A stretch of 62,942 nucleotides of DNA, filler included, from Hausera hauseri (lineage: Eukaryota), in assembly GCA_046269625.1 (NCBI GenBank). It is 13 parts of 13 records of this genome, joined end to end, with 100 filler letters (N's around TTAATTAATTAA, not from the genome) between each part and the next. Parts side by side here need not be neighbours in the genome. Positions count along the whole stretch, not along the records: positions 33,546 to 40,266 come from JBJURY010072105.1; positions 40,367 to 45,244 come from JBJURY010405701.1; positions 45,345 to 50,269 come from JBJURY010390146.1; positions 50,370 to 54,343 come from JBJURY010846302.1; 9 more parts are not named here. One strand, written 5' to 3'. The notes under the pieces are model-generated. The model was given only the letters and a program-made list of their open reading frames with translations, had not been told where the DNA came from and did not search any database. This document shows positions 37,174-50,607 of this stretch, in pieces. The stretch's first letter is position 1. Every line of letters begins with the position of its first letter. The position numbers and the translations under genes are program-made.

Positions 37174-38842
37174 ATGAATGATGTTTTTAGTATGTTGAAA
37201 ATTTACCATTTACAATTTTTGTCCGATGTTCATGATAGTTTGAAATGCAAAATTTGCAAAAATGTGTTGATTGACTCATGCTTCTCTCCATGTGGTTGTA
37301 AATTTTGCTGGAAATGTATTACAGATTATCTTGGTGGTGAAACGAAAAAATGTCCCGGTGACAACGAAGAGTGTTTCGAATCTCTGTTAAATATTACCGA
37401 TAACATCAGAAGAGATGTAAGCAGAAACATTGAAATTTCGTGTTTAGCGGTACGCTGTCCGAATCATAATTGTGATCACAGTTGTCAGTTGCGCAAACTA
37501 TCCGAACATATGCGACTATGTCAAAAGGACGTTGAGGATTGCGTGTTTTCTTCCGTCGGTTGTTGTGATCAGACGGTAACTGCTGGAGATGTCGGAATGA
37601 AAGAGCATTTGGATGTTTGTTCGGTTAGCCATGCAAAGATTTTGGTGGCGTACATGAAAAATATTACGAATGAGATGAAACAACAAATGGAAACGTTTGT
37701 TTTGCATCAAGTAATTTAGTTTTTGTTTGTCCGGTCAATGAAAGAATTTCGTGTTTATTAGATATTGTTTTAGTTTTCTTATGTTGTTTCTGATGGATTT
37801 AGGAAAAACAGGCAACTGCTGTACAGCAATTGACCGAAGAGAAAGCAAAAATATGTGAAGATCTATTGATTAGTCGAGTAGAGTTTGTTGGTAGTTAAAA
37901 TAAGATATTTTTTGCAGGATAATGTGTCGAGACTGAAACAGCGGCTTGATGAAATGGAAAGGAAACAGGTAGACAAAATGCGATACTTGCTGGGTTATGT
38001 GGTACTTTAGGCTGCTACTAACTTGCAAATACAATCTTTACAGTTTCTGGTGAAACGGAATGACAGTAGCACGATAACTGTAATGGGACGAGGTCGAAAT
38101 AGACAGGTGATACATGAAATGCGGATGAACTATAAAGGTATTTAGAATATAAATGATAATCAAGAAAACAGACAAATAAAACGTAAGAAAACCATAGCTC
38201 ACGTGTTCAGAAATCAGCAGGTACAAGTATCCAGTTTAAGTTTTATTGATTTGGTTTAGAGTACGTCACATGCAAATGTGGGTTTGTCTACACCAACTGA
38301 TGAATGTGTGTGTGTGTGACGTTAAGTCAACACGGCTGCCTCTACAACCATTGGATCAGTCATTCGGTCAGAAATCTGGTGCGTCGACAAATAAGTCATT
38401 TCAGTGGCGCATTAACAATATCAAAGAGATTTATGAGAATTTCAAATGGGTAGAAAGTGAACCGTTTTTCAGTGACGGTCCAACGGAAGGATATAAAATG
38501 TGTTTGGAATTCAATTTGGATAAAAATTACGGTGTCACGTTGGCATTTCGATTGTTACCCGGTCCCAATGATGATCTGTTAAAGTGGCCAATGCATCGGA
38601 TCGTTCAAATTGGCATCGTTGATCAGAAATCGGCACGGCTCGTCGTATCGGGACAATTCAGTCTAGCAACAACGAACCAGCGTTGTTATTCGTATGCTAC
38701 CAGAGCCGCGTACAACAGACCAACCGGTGACAGATCGTCGTCTGATGGATACAATTACTGTTTCTCGTGCAATGAATTGTTTAACAAAAAAGGTGCTGTC
38801 ACCAATGACTCCATAGTGGTGCAGTGTCGTGTGTTGCCATAG
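37174..38842 (+). CDS. TRAF-family gene (RING, TRAF zinc finger, coiled coil, MATH), 7 exons, about 444 aa
   Basis: Exons 37174-37710, 37803-37877, 37918-37968, 38044-38106, 38146-38220, 38260-38277 and 38327-38842 are all GT-AG, phase 0 and splice into an open frame; the middle exons are less certain. RING CKIC..PCGCKFCWKC..CPG and MATH FQWRI..SEPFF..GYKMCL..GPNDDLLKWP..NDSIVVQC. Confidence 0.85.
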
Positions 38843-40366
38843 AAACCCCGACATGGTCATCCATTAGTGGCCATGTGTACATAATAATGTTTGTTCAAAT
38901 GATACGTAATATCAATTTAAATTCGTCGTATTTGAAAATTCAATTTCATGGTTAAATGACCTGGTTGGATTAGAGGAAATTAATCAGATAAAACTATACT
39001 TATTTATACAATGCTTTTGATGAAATTCTGTATTGTAAGGTAATTTTGTATGGTGATTTCAAATATGCAAATTATTTTACTCTATGCAGAAAATTTTGAC
39101 TTGTGGATAATAATTTTTGTATTATCGGCACTTCTTGCATACATGGTTCCCAAATATGGTACTGTTCGCTGTATGGTTATTTGCTAGACAGCGTTCTCTG
39201 TAATTTTAAGTGTAAATTTTATAGTATTAATTTGATTTTGTTCAGTACTTTCTTTTCTTGTTTTAAGAGGTGAGCAGCATTTATAACTACTTGTCCAACT
39301 AATTATTTTGCAAACCTGACCAAGGTGATAACAACTGGAGCATCCCGCAAAAGTAGAACACTCTAATTTTATTTCATTTTAATGCAATCTCGAACGGTAA
39401 ACGATATGCGTAGGTTCTTGCCAAAAAAAAAGCAATAATGTGTCAATCAACTCCAAACCCAATGTCCTTGGTACCACCTTAACGCCAACCTCAACAATCC
39501 CGCTTCACACACAATAAAACCACCAAAAGAGAGTTAATTAAGTGTTCGCTTACTAAAAGACAATCACACTCTAATTATCAAACAATCCTTCAATTTATGT
39601 CAAACAATCGTTCAAGGGTGGCTATCCGTCGGGTGGTTCACCGCTGAGCGAATTAAATGAAATTTCTTACCAACCAAACGAATTTTGAGCTCGACAAAAT
39701 AATTGTAAACTTTATAAAACTAGGTTATGACATTTAAAGGAGTACACGATAGTAAAAAATAAGTGAATACCTACTTGTATCTTTAAGTCGAATGCAGCAG
39801 CCGCGTTAATCTGTGTCCTTTTCCTAAATTCGAGCAGTCCACGCTCCCAAAATTAAAACAATATGACCCTCCACACTACAACCCTTTATTTGGTACAATA
39901 TGGATCTGCACAGACAATAGAGCACTGTACGATTTTCTAGTTGATAAATTGTACATACAATATTCTATTCGCAATAAGATAACAACAGTATTTACATATT
40001 ATGCGAGTTCATTAACCTCACGTTACAACAAAAAATAAAGATAATCGCAAATAAAAGCAACCAGTAATTTGTTAAATTTTTTATTTATTGAGTGGTTAAA
40101 CAGTTGGAAGGTCGGGCTAGTCTTAGCCTTATAGTGAGTTTAATATCAAAGCTACTGTTTCAGATATAAGAATCAGCAGGATTATTATTGAGAATCGATC
40201 TATCTACGTATCACTAATATCGGGAAGGCAATGCGGGTGCGAAACACAAATTATATTTCTCGTCTTNNNNNNNNNNNNNNNNNNNNNNNNNNNNNNNNNN
40301 NNNNNNNNNNTTAATTAATTAANNNNNNNNNNNNNNNNNNNNNNNNNNNNNNNNNNNNNNNNNNNN

Positions 40367-43300
40367 CTGACAAAACTACCTCTAAACCATCACCTTTTAC
40401 TTTTCACCAAAAATCAACGACCGTAACCACGCCATCTACTTTCACTACTTATACACCTTCTATCCCGCCATCCAAACACACTTTTTCTCAGTGCACAGAA
40501 TACTTTATTGATCATGAAAAGTCCAGAAAAATCTGGCTTAACTTTCACAAATTATGGCTACAGTCTAACAACATTACTGATCCATCTGCCAAAGCTCATA
40601 GTTTACTTTGCCTCTTACCAAACAGTAAAAACTTCCCTTCACGATATTTTAGACATATTTCAACAATCCGACCCGTACACCCATCTCTATAATGCAGTTT
40701 CAAAACTCACGGAACCGTCTATAGATTCCATAATACATAGATTCTTCAATGATAAAGTTATGGGTACGCAAAAACCATCCGATTTTCTCAGAATCTCTTT
40801 CGCTCAACTGCAAACACTCGGTGTTACCAAACAAAATAATTCCGATCTCTTACGACGTTACTTTCTAAACGCATTACCGATCCAGACCAGAGCCCTGCTT
40901 ACCGTCGTCGAGGAATCGACGGCACTGGATAAGTTAGCCGAACTTGCGGACAAAACGTATAAGATAATACCTTTGAACACTAAACCTATCATTTTAGCAG
41001 CACTTACAGCAAACGACAACACATTAGAATATCAAATGCAACAGTTACTGGCCGAAAACGCAGCCTTACGTAATACAATTAACAATATCAATGATAGATT
41101 AAATGAAATCTCTTTGTCTCAACGAAAGAGTTTAGCCTCCGATCTCACACGCTCTATACCCAAAGGTCGGTCACCTTCTCCTACATGATCGCTGATCTGT
41201 TTCTACCATGACAGGTTTGATCATAAAGAACAAAAATATCATCTTGGGTGCCGCTTTTACACCCAAAAGTATCACGTTAACAACCTTACTTGCATCTACA
41301 ACGCAAAATTTAAGAGTGAGGCACATAAGTGTATTTTCCGTTGTACCTTTAGACGCAGCACACAACATACGAACGTCGGACGTACTATTTCGTCTTCTAA
41401 CAGCCGCCAAAGTTAACCACAGCAAAAGATCTAATTCCACCACCAAAACTTAAGGCGAGTCCTGGCAAAGGGCATTCATGAGTTTCTACCAGCCGAAAAC
41501 TTTCTTTCGCTGTATTTTCATTAAAAGCAGTAATTACGTTACCAACATCCCGCTACATATAAATTCCTTGTCGATTTATGTGCAGCGACTTCTTTACTGC
41601 CGCTCACCTTTCCAACTCAACACACTTTATCCAACTATAAACCTCTATTTACAGCTTCCGGACAACCGCCACATGTTTTCGGTACTTGTAGGCTTTTCTT
41701 TACCCTTCCGAAATTTACTTTAATGTTTTACTGGACATTTACGTTGCAAACGTCCAGACGGCCATTTTAAGATCTGATTTTCTTTCTCACTATAACCTCC
41801 TTGTCGATTGCAAATAACGCTGCCTAACAAATGGTTGCGATAAGGAGCGAATCGATCACGTCTATACCATATCGTGTGTCATGCGGATGAATGCAAGTCG
41901 AAAGCCGATATTAAAACAACCGTTGCACAAATCATTTTTTTACAATAATGTCAATTTATTTTATAAATTATTAAAAACCAATATTACTGATGATTGGGGA
42001 TTGCATTGTGATGAACGTGATCCCTTTACTACTATAATATCTCTGGATAACAATACCATCAGCAATACCACCATCCTGCATCGAATATCACTTCATTTTC
42101 GATAACCAAATAACGCCCAAATTTCTACTGTTACTGATAAAACCACAGTTATTGATAAAACCTTATCGCTGTTACCAAACTTTTCAAAATTACCTGTAAG
42201 TCTGCAGCAATTCATCAACGTTTCTTGTCCTAGAATTATTCAAAAAAACAGGTCTTTTATACCAGCAAATATCATTTTCCACCACATTATAACATAACAT
42301 CATAGACCTATCCTCCAGAAAGTGCGTTCATTGCCTCCTCGTCATAGACGGGCTGTTAAAGCCGAATTTATAGACCTCAAACGCTCCGGTATTGTATGTC
42401 GCTCCAAATCCCCATGGTCGTCGCCATTGCATGTTGTGCAAAAGAAGAATGGGACTTTTAGACCATGTGGCGATTATCGCCAGTTGAACACTTTGACCAT
42501 AATAGATGCATACCCGCTGCCACTCATTAAGGATATCTTAAATCGTCTCAATTCCACTACAATTTATTCTATTATTGATTTTTCCAAAGCCTACCACCAA
42601 ATTCCGGTGGCACTTGAGGATATCGAAAAAACGGCCGTCACTACTCCTTTTGGCCTTTATGAATATTCGTACATGCCTTTTGGCTTACGGAATGCTGCGC
42701 AGACCTTTCAACACCACATCGATACTATACTTTCTGATTTTCCATATGCTCACCCCTATATCTATGATATATTAATCGTTTTTTCTTCAACCCAACAACA
42801 CGAAGAACACCACAGATCAATCTTTCAACGTTTACACCAGCATAACCTGCAGATAAATTTCGCCAAAGTCACTTTTTTCAGAAGCGTAAAAATTTCCTTG
42901 GTCACATTATTTGTGCTGAAGGTCATCTGCCTCAGCCCGATTGAGTTGAAGCCCTAAAAACGTGCAGCTACCTTGAACAACAACAGAAATGACGAGCTTT
43001 TTGAGAACTTTCCACTTCGTTCAAAGTATGTGCTGTACTGCTTTGAACTTGGGGCACCATTTGCTCACTTAAGCGGGTACAAAGACACCAGCCAATCCAG
43101 TAGACACCTGAACTGGTTGATAAGTTTGTTAAGCTACGCGAAGGAATTAAGATTGGCGACATTCTCGCTTTCCCCAAGCCTGATGCGGAACTCGTCCTTA
43201 CTACAAACGCTTAAACCACTGCGGTAGGTGCTGTGCTTCACCAAATTTGCAAAGGAGAAAATCAACCGCTAAAATTTTTCTTTTGTAAGCTAACATCCTC

Positions 43301-45136
43301 TGAAACTAGATATTCAACTTTCGATTGAAAATTATTGGCCATCGTCCTCGCTTTAAAGCATTTTTCCCACCTACTTGTCGCTCGCCGTTTTACCATACAG
43401 ACCGATCACAAACCCGTGCTAAACATCATGTCTATGAAACATTCTTCCTCACGTCAAGAACGACAGATATCATATCTGTCGACATTCAACTTCGACATAA
43501 AACATATTAAGAGGATCAATAATTGCCGATTTCTTATTTAGGACGGTCGGTTCAATTAATTTTTCACCAATCTTCACTCAAGTACAACTTCAACAGAACC
43601 ATCCACCCCAGGACATGCTTAATTATTTTACGTCTTGCACAATTGTTGACGGCAAAGCTTTAAACACTTCCAAACCATGTCATTCCGTAATAATTATAAC
43701 ACCACTTTTACAACGGCAAGCGTTTAACAGTGTACATTTGCTACACCACCCTGGCGCTAAAGCAACTTTTAATTTACTCCACCGACAAGTAGTTTAGCCG
43801 TCAATGCGTTCCGATTTGCAGGCTTGGTTAAGGAGTGTGTGGCCTGCCAAAAATACAAAACAACAAAACATTTAAAGCCACCACTATTCCACTTTCCATG
43901 TACATCGCGCTTCGAATCCGTACATATTGATATCTTCAGCCCTCTTCCTCCAGACAACGGTCATAAATTTATTCTCACTATGATGGACCGTTCCTCGCGA
44001 TGGCCAGAAGCCATTCCTCTGCGGCGAACAAATACCGGCACCGTAGCTGACGTTTTCATTGGTACATGGATTAGCAGGTTTGGATCAAATGGCTTCATCA
44101 TAACGGACCAGAGTCCACAGTTTAAATCCAACCTGTTCAAATCCATTGTTAACCGATTAGGGATTCAGCATATAAATACTACGCCTTATCATCCCTAATC
44201 AAGTGGCCTTTTAGAACGTTTCCACCGAACATTGAAAACGTCACTAAGAATACTTGCCGAGTCAAACAGTAGTTAAACGAATCTTCTTCCGTTTGTTCTG
44301 CTTGGCTGGCGGAACACTCCGTCTACTTCTACCGGCTATTCACCCACTGAAGCATTATTCGTTGCTCTTGTACGATCATTATTTGAACTTGCTGCCCTTG
44401 ACGACACTCCTACAGATGAAACGATACGGGCAGCGCAAAATCACTTTGATACGATCAGTAAAGATTCATTCTGCAGGTTACTTCACAAAGACAAAACATA
44501 TTTACCTGAAGACTTATATTCGGCAAAATTCGTTTGGCTGAAAAATCAAACGCCGTAGGGTTTTCAAACAGAGTATTTGGGGCCTTACCAACTTGTCCAA
44601 TTACACTCCCTCAACGCCATTATTTCTAAAGACGGCAAGGAACTTTCAGTGCATATCACCAACGTCAAACCTGCATTTTTCGTGGACGATACCCCCAAAT
44701 TTGAACCTTCTACCCCCGTTCTGACTCCTCTGCTTTTTTCCCTTACAGCTTCTACCACGCCTGCACCGCTTTCTGTTCCGATCCCTATTCCTTCTCCCTT
44801 ATCGGAACTTACTCTTAAAACCCCTTCTCCTAACCTTACAATTTGTCCTTCTTTTTCTCCTGAATCTCCTCCTCTATCTCCTTCTTCTTCCTTGAATGAA
44901 ACACCACCTTACACCACGACATCCGACATTTTTTACCTCCAACAACTCATCAACCAGATCCAATAACATTGAAAAATCGCAAATTTGTGACATTTAGTAC
45001 CTATAGTAAGGAGAACAACATTGCAGGAGTTCAACGCCATATTCACACGAAGACCACCTAGACAGCCTGCTCCTTTTTGACATATTTTCTACTTTTTTAC
45101 CCTTCAGTCTTTGCTTTGCCACAGGGGGAGGGGTGA
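40367..45136 (+). mobile_element. Gypsy family B element, near full length and decayed (gag-PR-RT-RH-INT-PPT)
   Basis: gag QKPSDFLR; RT SPWSSPLHVVQKK..RPCGDYRQLN..MPFGLRNAAQTFQ with the catalytic motif damaged to YIYDI; RNase H TDHKP; integrase HIDI..TDQSPQF; PPT GGGGGAGGGGTGA at 45124-45136. Confidence 0.93.
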
Positions 45137-45244
45137 TGTTGTGCCTAAGAAGGGCTTGATGCTGATTTGTAAATACCCTGTTATTGTTTTTCTCATATTT
45201 TGTTATTTGTCTTTGTTTATTTCTCTTCGCAATTGCCGATAGGT
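45137..45244 (+). repeat. Start of the Gypsy family B 3' LTR
   Basis: TGTTGTGCC follows the PPT, as at 7607. Confidence 0.7.
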
Positions 45245-45499
45245 NNNNNNNNNNNNNNNNNNNNNNNNNNNNNNNNNNNNNNNNNNNNTTAATTAATTAA
45301 NNNNNNNNNNNNNNNNNNNNNNNNNNNNNNNNNNNNNNNNNNNNATTTGTAAATATCTCTTCCGTATTCAAAATGATGAGTAATTATAATTTTTCATTCA
45401 GAAGTTTCTAAATTAGATTTTCATTCATAAATATTTTTTACTAGATTTTCCATGCCTTTTTACATTTCTGCTTATCGATAATTCTTATATACACATTGT

Positions 45500-46960
45500 A
45501 ACGCAATTTATCCCACAGCAATGCCAAACAATATTTAACAACAGACGCTTCTTCAGTTGCCGCAGGAGCCATTCTACATCAAATTATAGAAGGATGACAT
45601 CAGCCTTTGAAATTCTTTTCCTGGAAATTTTCCAACATGGATTGCAAATACTCTACACTTGATAGAGAACTTTTAGCAATATTGTTAGCTGTGAAATACT
45701 TTGAACACATACTACAAGCTAGAAAGGTTAACTACATACATATCATAAACCTATGTTACATATAATGTCGATGAAAGATCCATTCCCAATACAAGAGAGG
45801 CAAATAGGATATTTATCCACTTTTAATTTTGATATGTAACACATTTTAGGAGTAGAAAACATAATCACCGACTTTTTATCTCAGTCAGTCAGCTCGATAA
45901 AATTTCCTGCCCTCAGGATAAATTACGGGATCTTACTTCAAAAAGATGGACACTATTGTTGGAAAATTTTACAATACATTAGTTCATTGACAGAAACAAC
46001 CAGTCATTCACTCTTCATTAAGAAAGCTTAATTTCGATCGTTTTCATCAGTTACACCACCCAGAAACAAAAGTGAAGTACAAATTAATACACTAAAAACG
46101 TTGTGTGGCCATCTATGCAAAACAAGGTACAAATCTGGTAGGATAAATGCATATCCCACCAGAAATTAAAAGTAACAAGACATCGCCAACCGTCATAATA
46201 TAATTTCCTGCATACATAACATTTTCAGACCGTACATATTGATTTAGTGGGACTTCTGCCACAGTGTAACGGTGATACGTTCCTTCTAACGATGATGGAC
46301 CAATCGTCACGTTAACACAAAGTCATTGCACTTCGTCAAACCGATGCAGACACCATAGTGAACGTGTTTATAAAGATGTGGTAAGGCGATTCGGATCCCC
46401 AAAATATGTAATCACAGACCAAGGACCTCAGTTTGAATTATCCTTTCTGCCGCACTTGTTAATGGACTGAGAATTAAACACATGCATACGTCGCTTTATT
46501 ATTCTCAGTCGAACGTTCTGCTCGAACGTTTCCACTGCACGGCCAGTGTCACTTAAAATTGTCGCAGACCAAAATCAGAATTGGGTATCTGCCCTGCTGT
46601 ATGTTTTACTTGGATGGCTGAATATTGGTCGATTTCTACAAATTGTTCACCGTCTCAAGCACTTTTTGGAACGTTAATCAGTGCTCTATATGAACTAACA
46701 GAACACAATGATACTCCTAAATATCATATTATCAGACAAGCTCAAGACCACTTTTCAGAAGTCAACAAAGATACATTCTACCGTTTAATAAACAAAGACA
46801 AGAAATATCTTCCTAAAAAATTATACGAAGTCGAATTTGTGTTTACGAATCAAAGCTCCTCAAGATTTTGAACCTCTATATCACGGAACTTATAAAGTTG
46901 TCAACCTTTCTTCACACAACGCTAAAATACTCAAGAATGAAAAAGAAACAACCATACTCT
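45500..46960 (+). pseudogene. Divergent Gypsy RNase H-integrase remnant
   Basis: TDASSVAAGAIL, YSTLDRELLAI, HIDLVG, TDQGPQFE and FEPLYHGTYKV are spread over frameshifted frames. Confidence 0.82.
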
Positions 46961-47196
46961 TGTTATATGTTGGGTATGTTTGCACGAGCATGGAACTTTC
47001 ATCGGCATCAAACGGGCATGCCTAACGTCTTCTAAAAGTGAATATTACGGTGGTCTGACAGTCCCAGAACTGTCTGCATCTGTATTAGTTACGCTTCATA
47101 GGAATCACATGCGTGAGTATGAGTGATTATCTCTTTTATCTGATATTTTTGGCTAATGTGGCCCATTTGACTCCTTCTGCGTTATTGTATTAATAA

Positions 47197-47520
47197 ATGT
47201 TTTGTTGAAAATATCCATCTTCTTCATTGACTCGGAAGGATTTGTGAATAATAATAATGAGTACATGATTAAGGAGTTGTGCATAATACCTTTGGATAAT
47301 GTTTAATCCACTACATTATTTATTTGAATAAGTGAATTTAGTATTGTAGATGTAATATGCGTAAGTGCAATTTAGACCCCTAATACATTGTTGCGCAGAA
47401 AAGGCACAAATTACAAATGCATGTCTAATGCAGCATCATCATAAATTGTCGTGGGAAGAATGTAATACAAAGTTTTGCAGAGACTGCATAATGCGAGACA
47501 TTGAGCCTTAACCTATATAG
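47197..47520 (+). pseudogene. Polinton-associated DEDD-exonuclease-like gene remnant
   Basis: FFIDSEGF...YMIKELCI...HYLF...HHKLSWEE resembles the IDxxGF..IKEL..HH.L.W gene common in Polintons. It converges on the pPolB fragment. Confidence 0.45.
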
Positions 47521-47629
47521 TATTTAGTTAGTTATTCCACATCACTTGAATGAAAACTCGAAACATCGAATCGAAACATTTAACATCTTTACAACATTTA
47601 CAACATGTGCAAAACAATAACAAATTACA

Positions 47630-48311
47630 TCATAAAAGTGAAATATGTCCATGGGGCAAGGTGGAAATGCCACCACCTAATATATGCCTTTTGTCGTCTA
47701 TTCAATCTAGACTTCTTTTGTGGATCTTGACTGTTTGATTCTCATGAGCCTAAAGTTGGATGCGATTCATCTCTGATATAACGTGACTATAACCCCTCAG
47801 AACTGTCACATGGTCTTCGCAGTTGATTTTTTTTGGCTAATGTAGCCCTTTGAACTCCTTTTGCGCGCTTTTTCACTTGGCCAATAACACGATTGCATAC
47901 ATTTTGGAGCTATGTGCCACGAATCGAAATATGATTTTCCCATCCATCTCATCTGTGAACTTCCCGAGGACCGTCTTATTTGTTACAGAATAATTTCTGT
48001 AATCTTTCGGATAGTGGGAAGTTTCCATACGCTTAACCAATTTTGCAAAGTCGACAAATATGTCATGAGTATGAATCTGATACATGAAGGAATCAGTGTC
48101 CATATATATTAGCTGTAACTCCTTGAATGTTGCGACCATGATAATATATTGAAAATCAAACATCAAGGTCTTCGATAGGTCTAATATCAATATGTTAACA
48201 TAAATTTGCTTACTGAACTCCAAATATGTTTTAAGCATATGAACAGTGACCAGATTTTTACGGTTTATTATGCACATATATGCCGTGGAAGTTCGACGTC
48301 GCTATGAGCTT
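47630..48311 (-). pseudogene. pPolB C-terminal fragment interrupted by the AGTAG repeat
   Basis: KLIATSNF, ILDLSKTLM, YMDTDSF, ETSHYP, LGKFTDE, SKMYA, KRAKGV and DDKRHIL..TLPHGH. Confidence 0.88.
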
Positions 48312-49260
48312 AGTAGGGGAAAAATGGGAAGTCTATCCCACTCTCCGGGGGGTGTGCGCGTCGATAAATCGATAGTGCACATGCGCTAATTGATAGTGCA
48401 CACTGTACACTATCGATCGGTAGTGTGCTAGATGACGGTGCCGCTAGGCACCGTTGCTATGCACATTTTTGGACATTTCACAAATCGATCGCTGCTCAGT
48501 GCAGTATTTATCGAATCGATCGACACAAAGTGATAATTGATAGAGCACATCAGTGAATATCGATTGGCACACAGTGCAGGTGTGCAGCACATGTACAAGT
48601 GTGAAAAAATCAATAATATCCGATTTCTGATAATTCCAGTATGGATGATTAGGGAACGGCACCGGGTGCAGTCGAAAGCACACATGATGCACTATGTCAA
48701 TGTACAGTTACAATTTAAACACACTGATTGGTTTTAGAATAATTGCCAACTGAGGCAGACTTCCCATAGGCCTTTCCGCTATAAAATGAAAATCAATAAT
48801 ATCAATATGGCACATACTGGCGGGTGCAGTACTTTATGTACTATCGTTCAGTGAAATACTCGAGTCAAGTGTGCTCTTGGATACGGTTGCTAAGGCACTT
48901 CTTCACTTTTCACATATTTGTCACTGTGCAGCGTGGAATTGATGGAATCGATTGGGGTCAAGTGCAGGTTCATAGAGCACATCAAAGTGCACTTTGATAT
49001 ATACTGTGCAGTGCAAAAACACGTGGAAGTGTGCAAAAATCAATAATATCGGATTTCCCATATTTCAAATATTGATGATTTGGACATGTTACCAAGTGCA
49101 TTCGAACACAAACATAGTTCAATATATGAATGTACAGATACAATTTAAATTAATCGATTATTTTTGGAATAATATCGATCCAAAGTGCAAATTTTGCAGA
49201 CTACCAATAGGTTTTTTAGGTCATAAGAAATCAAAATTCGCTATTATAATTACCCGGGCC
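48312..49260 (+). mobile_element. AGTAG-type repeat (copy B), probable Polinton terminus
   Basis: Begins AGTAGGGGAAAAAT and is colinear with 6173-6740 and 62829-62942. Internal tandem duplication of about 430 bp (48597-48775 vs 49028-49215). Confidence 0.75.
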
Positions 49261-50369
49261 AGATAGGACGTCGAATATGGCCATCTCGAATCTCAAGTCA
49301 GATATTCTAAATTTTAATATTTTCGAGCTCGAATATCGAAGTTCGAACTATTCGAAAAACCTAACAATGGAAATAGATTCCTCATATGCGGAAATCCCCT
49401 GATATATAAAAATTATTCCATGAAAATGGGCTACACATATACAAAATCAATATTTCAAATTAAGCAAAATGTGCATTTAAAGCTTAGCGAAATAAATGGA
49501 TAAATCTAATAGCCGGGCTGGATAAGAAGTCATATATGCCGAATAGGAATATGATGTTAGATATTTGAATTCGAGCTTCCAAGTCGAATATTTAGCTGTT
49601 CGAACTCGAAAACTCGGTCAAGCATGCATTATTCAAAGAATCTAATGACGTCATTCGATTCCCCATGGTCGAAAACCTTAAATTTGGCGCCGCCTTCTAT
49701 TTAATTTAATTTATGCATTAAAACAAAAGTGCATTAAAACCAATCAATAAGCAAGGCAGTACATTGTGATATGGCAATATTTTTCATTATTTCCAAAATC
49801 ACTTCAACGAATGGTGAGTTTTTTAATTTTGCTCCTCAAATAATTAGTTGATTTAAAGATGCAAACTTTACAGTGAATGTTTGGCTCAAATCCATAAGCC
49901 AAAAAATTGCCACAATGTTATGAAGAAGTACTTTGGTCATATATACAACAGGGTTCAGTATTATATATGCCCTACATGTGAGGTGGTGTGCCAAATCAAT
50001 TATGAAGACTTTTACAGTGTCCATGAACAGCACTTGATTTCCTTCAACAAGTCGAAAGAACAAATATTCAGTACCAATATGCCAATAACGACTTTAAAGG
50101 AAAATCGAAGGTGCAATTCATAAGTGTATTGCACATGTGTAACACACAACCCTTAGAATTGCTACAATGTCATGACGAGCTATTATGGACATAAATTCAA
50201 CAGGATCATTTATTATATCTGCCCAGGATGTGAGGCTGTATGTGATGGAGAATACATACAGTTTTATGANNNNNNNNNNNNNNNNNNNNNNNNNNNNNNN
50301 NNNNNNNNNNNNNTTAATTAATTAANNNNNNNNNNNNNNNNNNNNNNNNNNNNNNNNNNNNNNNNNNNN

Positions 50370-50564
50370 AGTCTTGTTGTACGTTATTTTCATACTACCT
50401 TTCAATGTCACCGGTGCGTAGGGAAAGTTAAATTCCATCAGTGCAACCTCCCATTGTCCAGATAAATCCAAAGGATTGCTCCAATCTACAACGTATTCAT
50501 TGGTTGAATTGTTCGGATGAGTAGTCGGACAACTGTTGCTCGGCAAGACCATGTAAATACTCAA
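50370..50564 (-). CDS. Polinton minor capsid (penton-like) protein, N-terminus, truncated at contig end
   Basis: IYMVLPSNS..HPNNSTNEYVV..PLDLSGQWEVALMEF is the typical Polinton mCP N-terminus. The start codon is TTG. Confidence 0.8.
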
Positions 50565-50607
50565 TCTCGATGATGATGATGATAATGATGAAGCAGTTTG
50601 TTTATTA

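Noticed and set aside
39335-39370. Possible mariner-like TIR (ctggagcatcccgcaaaagtagaacac)
   Set aside because: No partner end or transposase was found.
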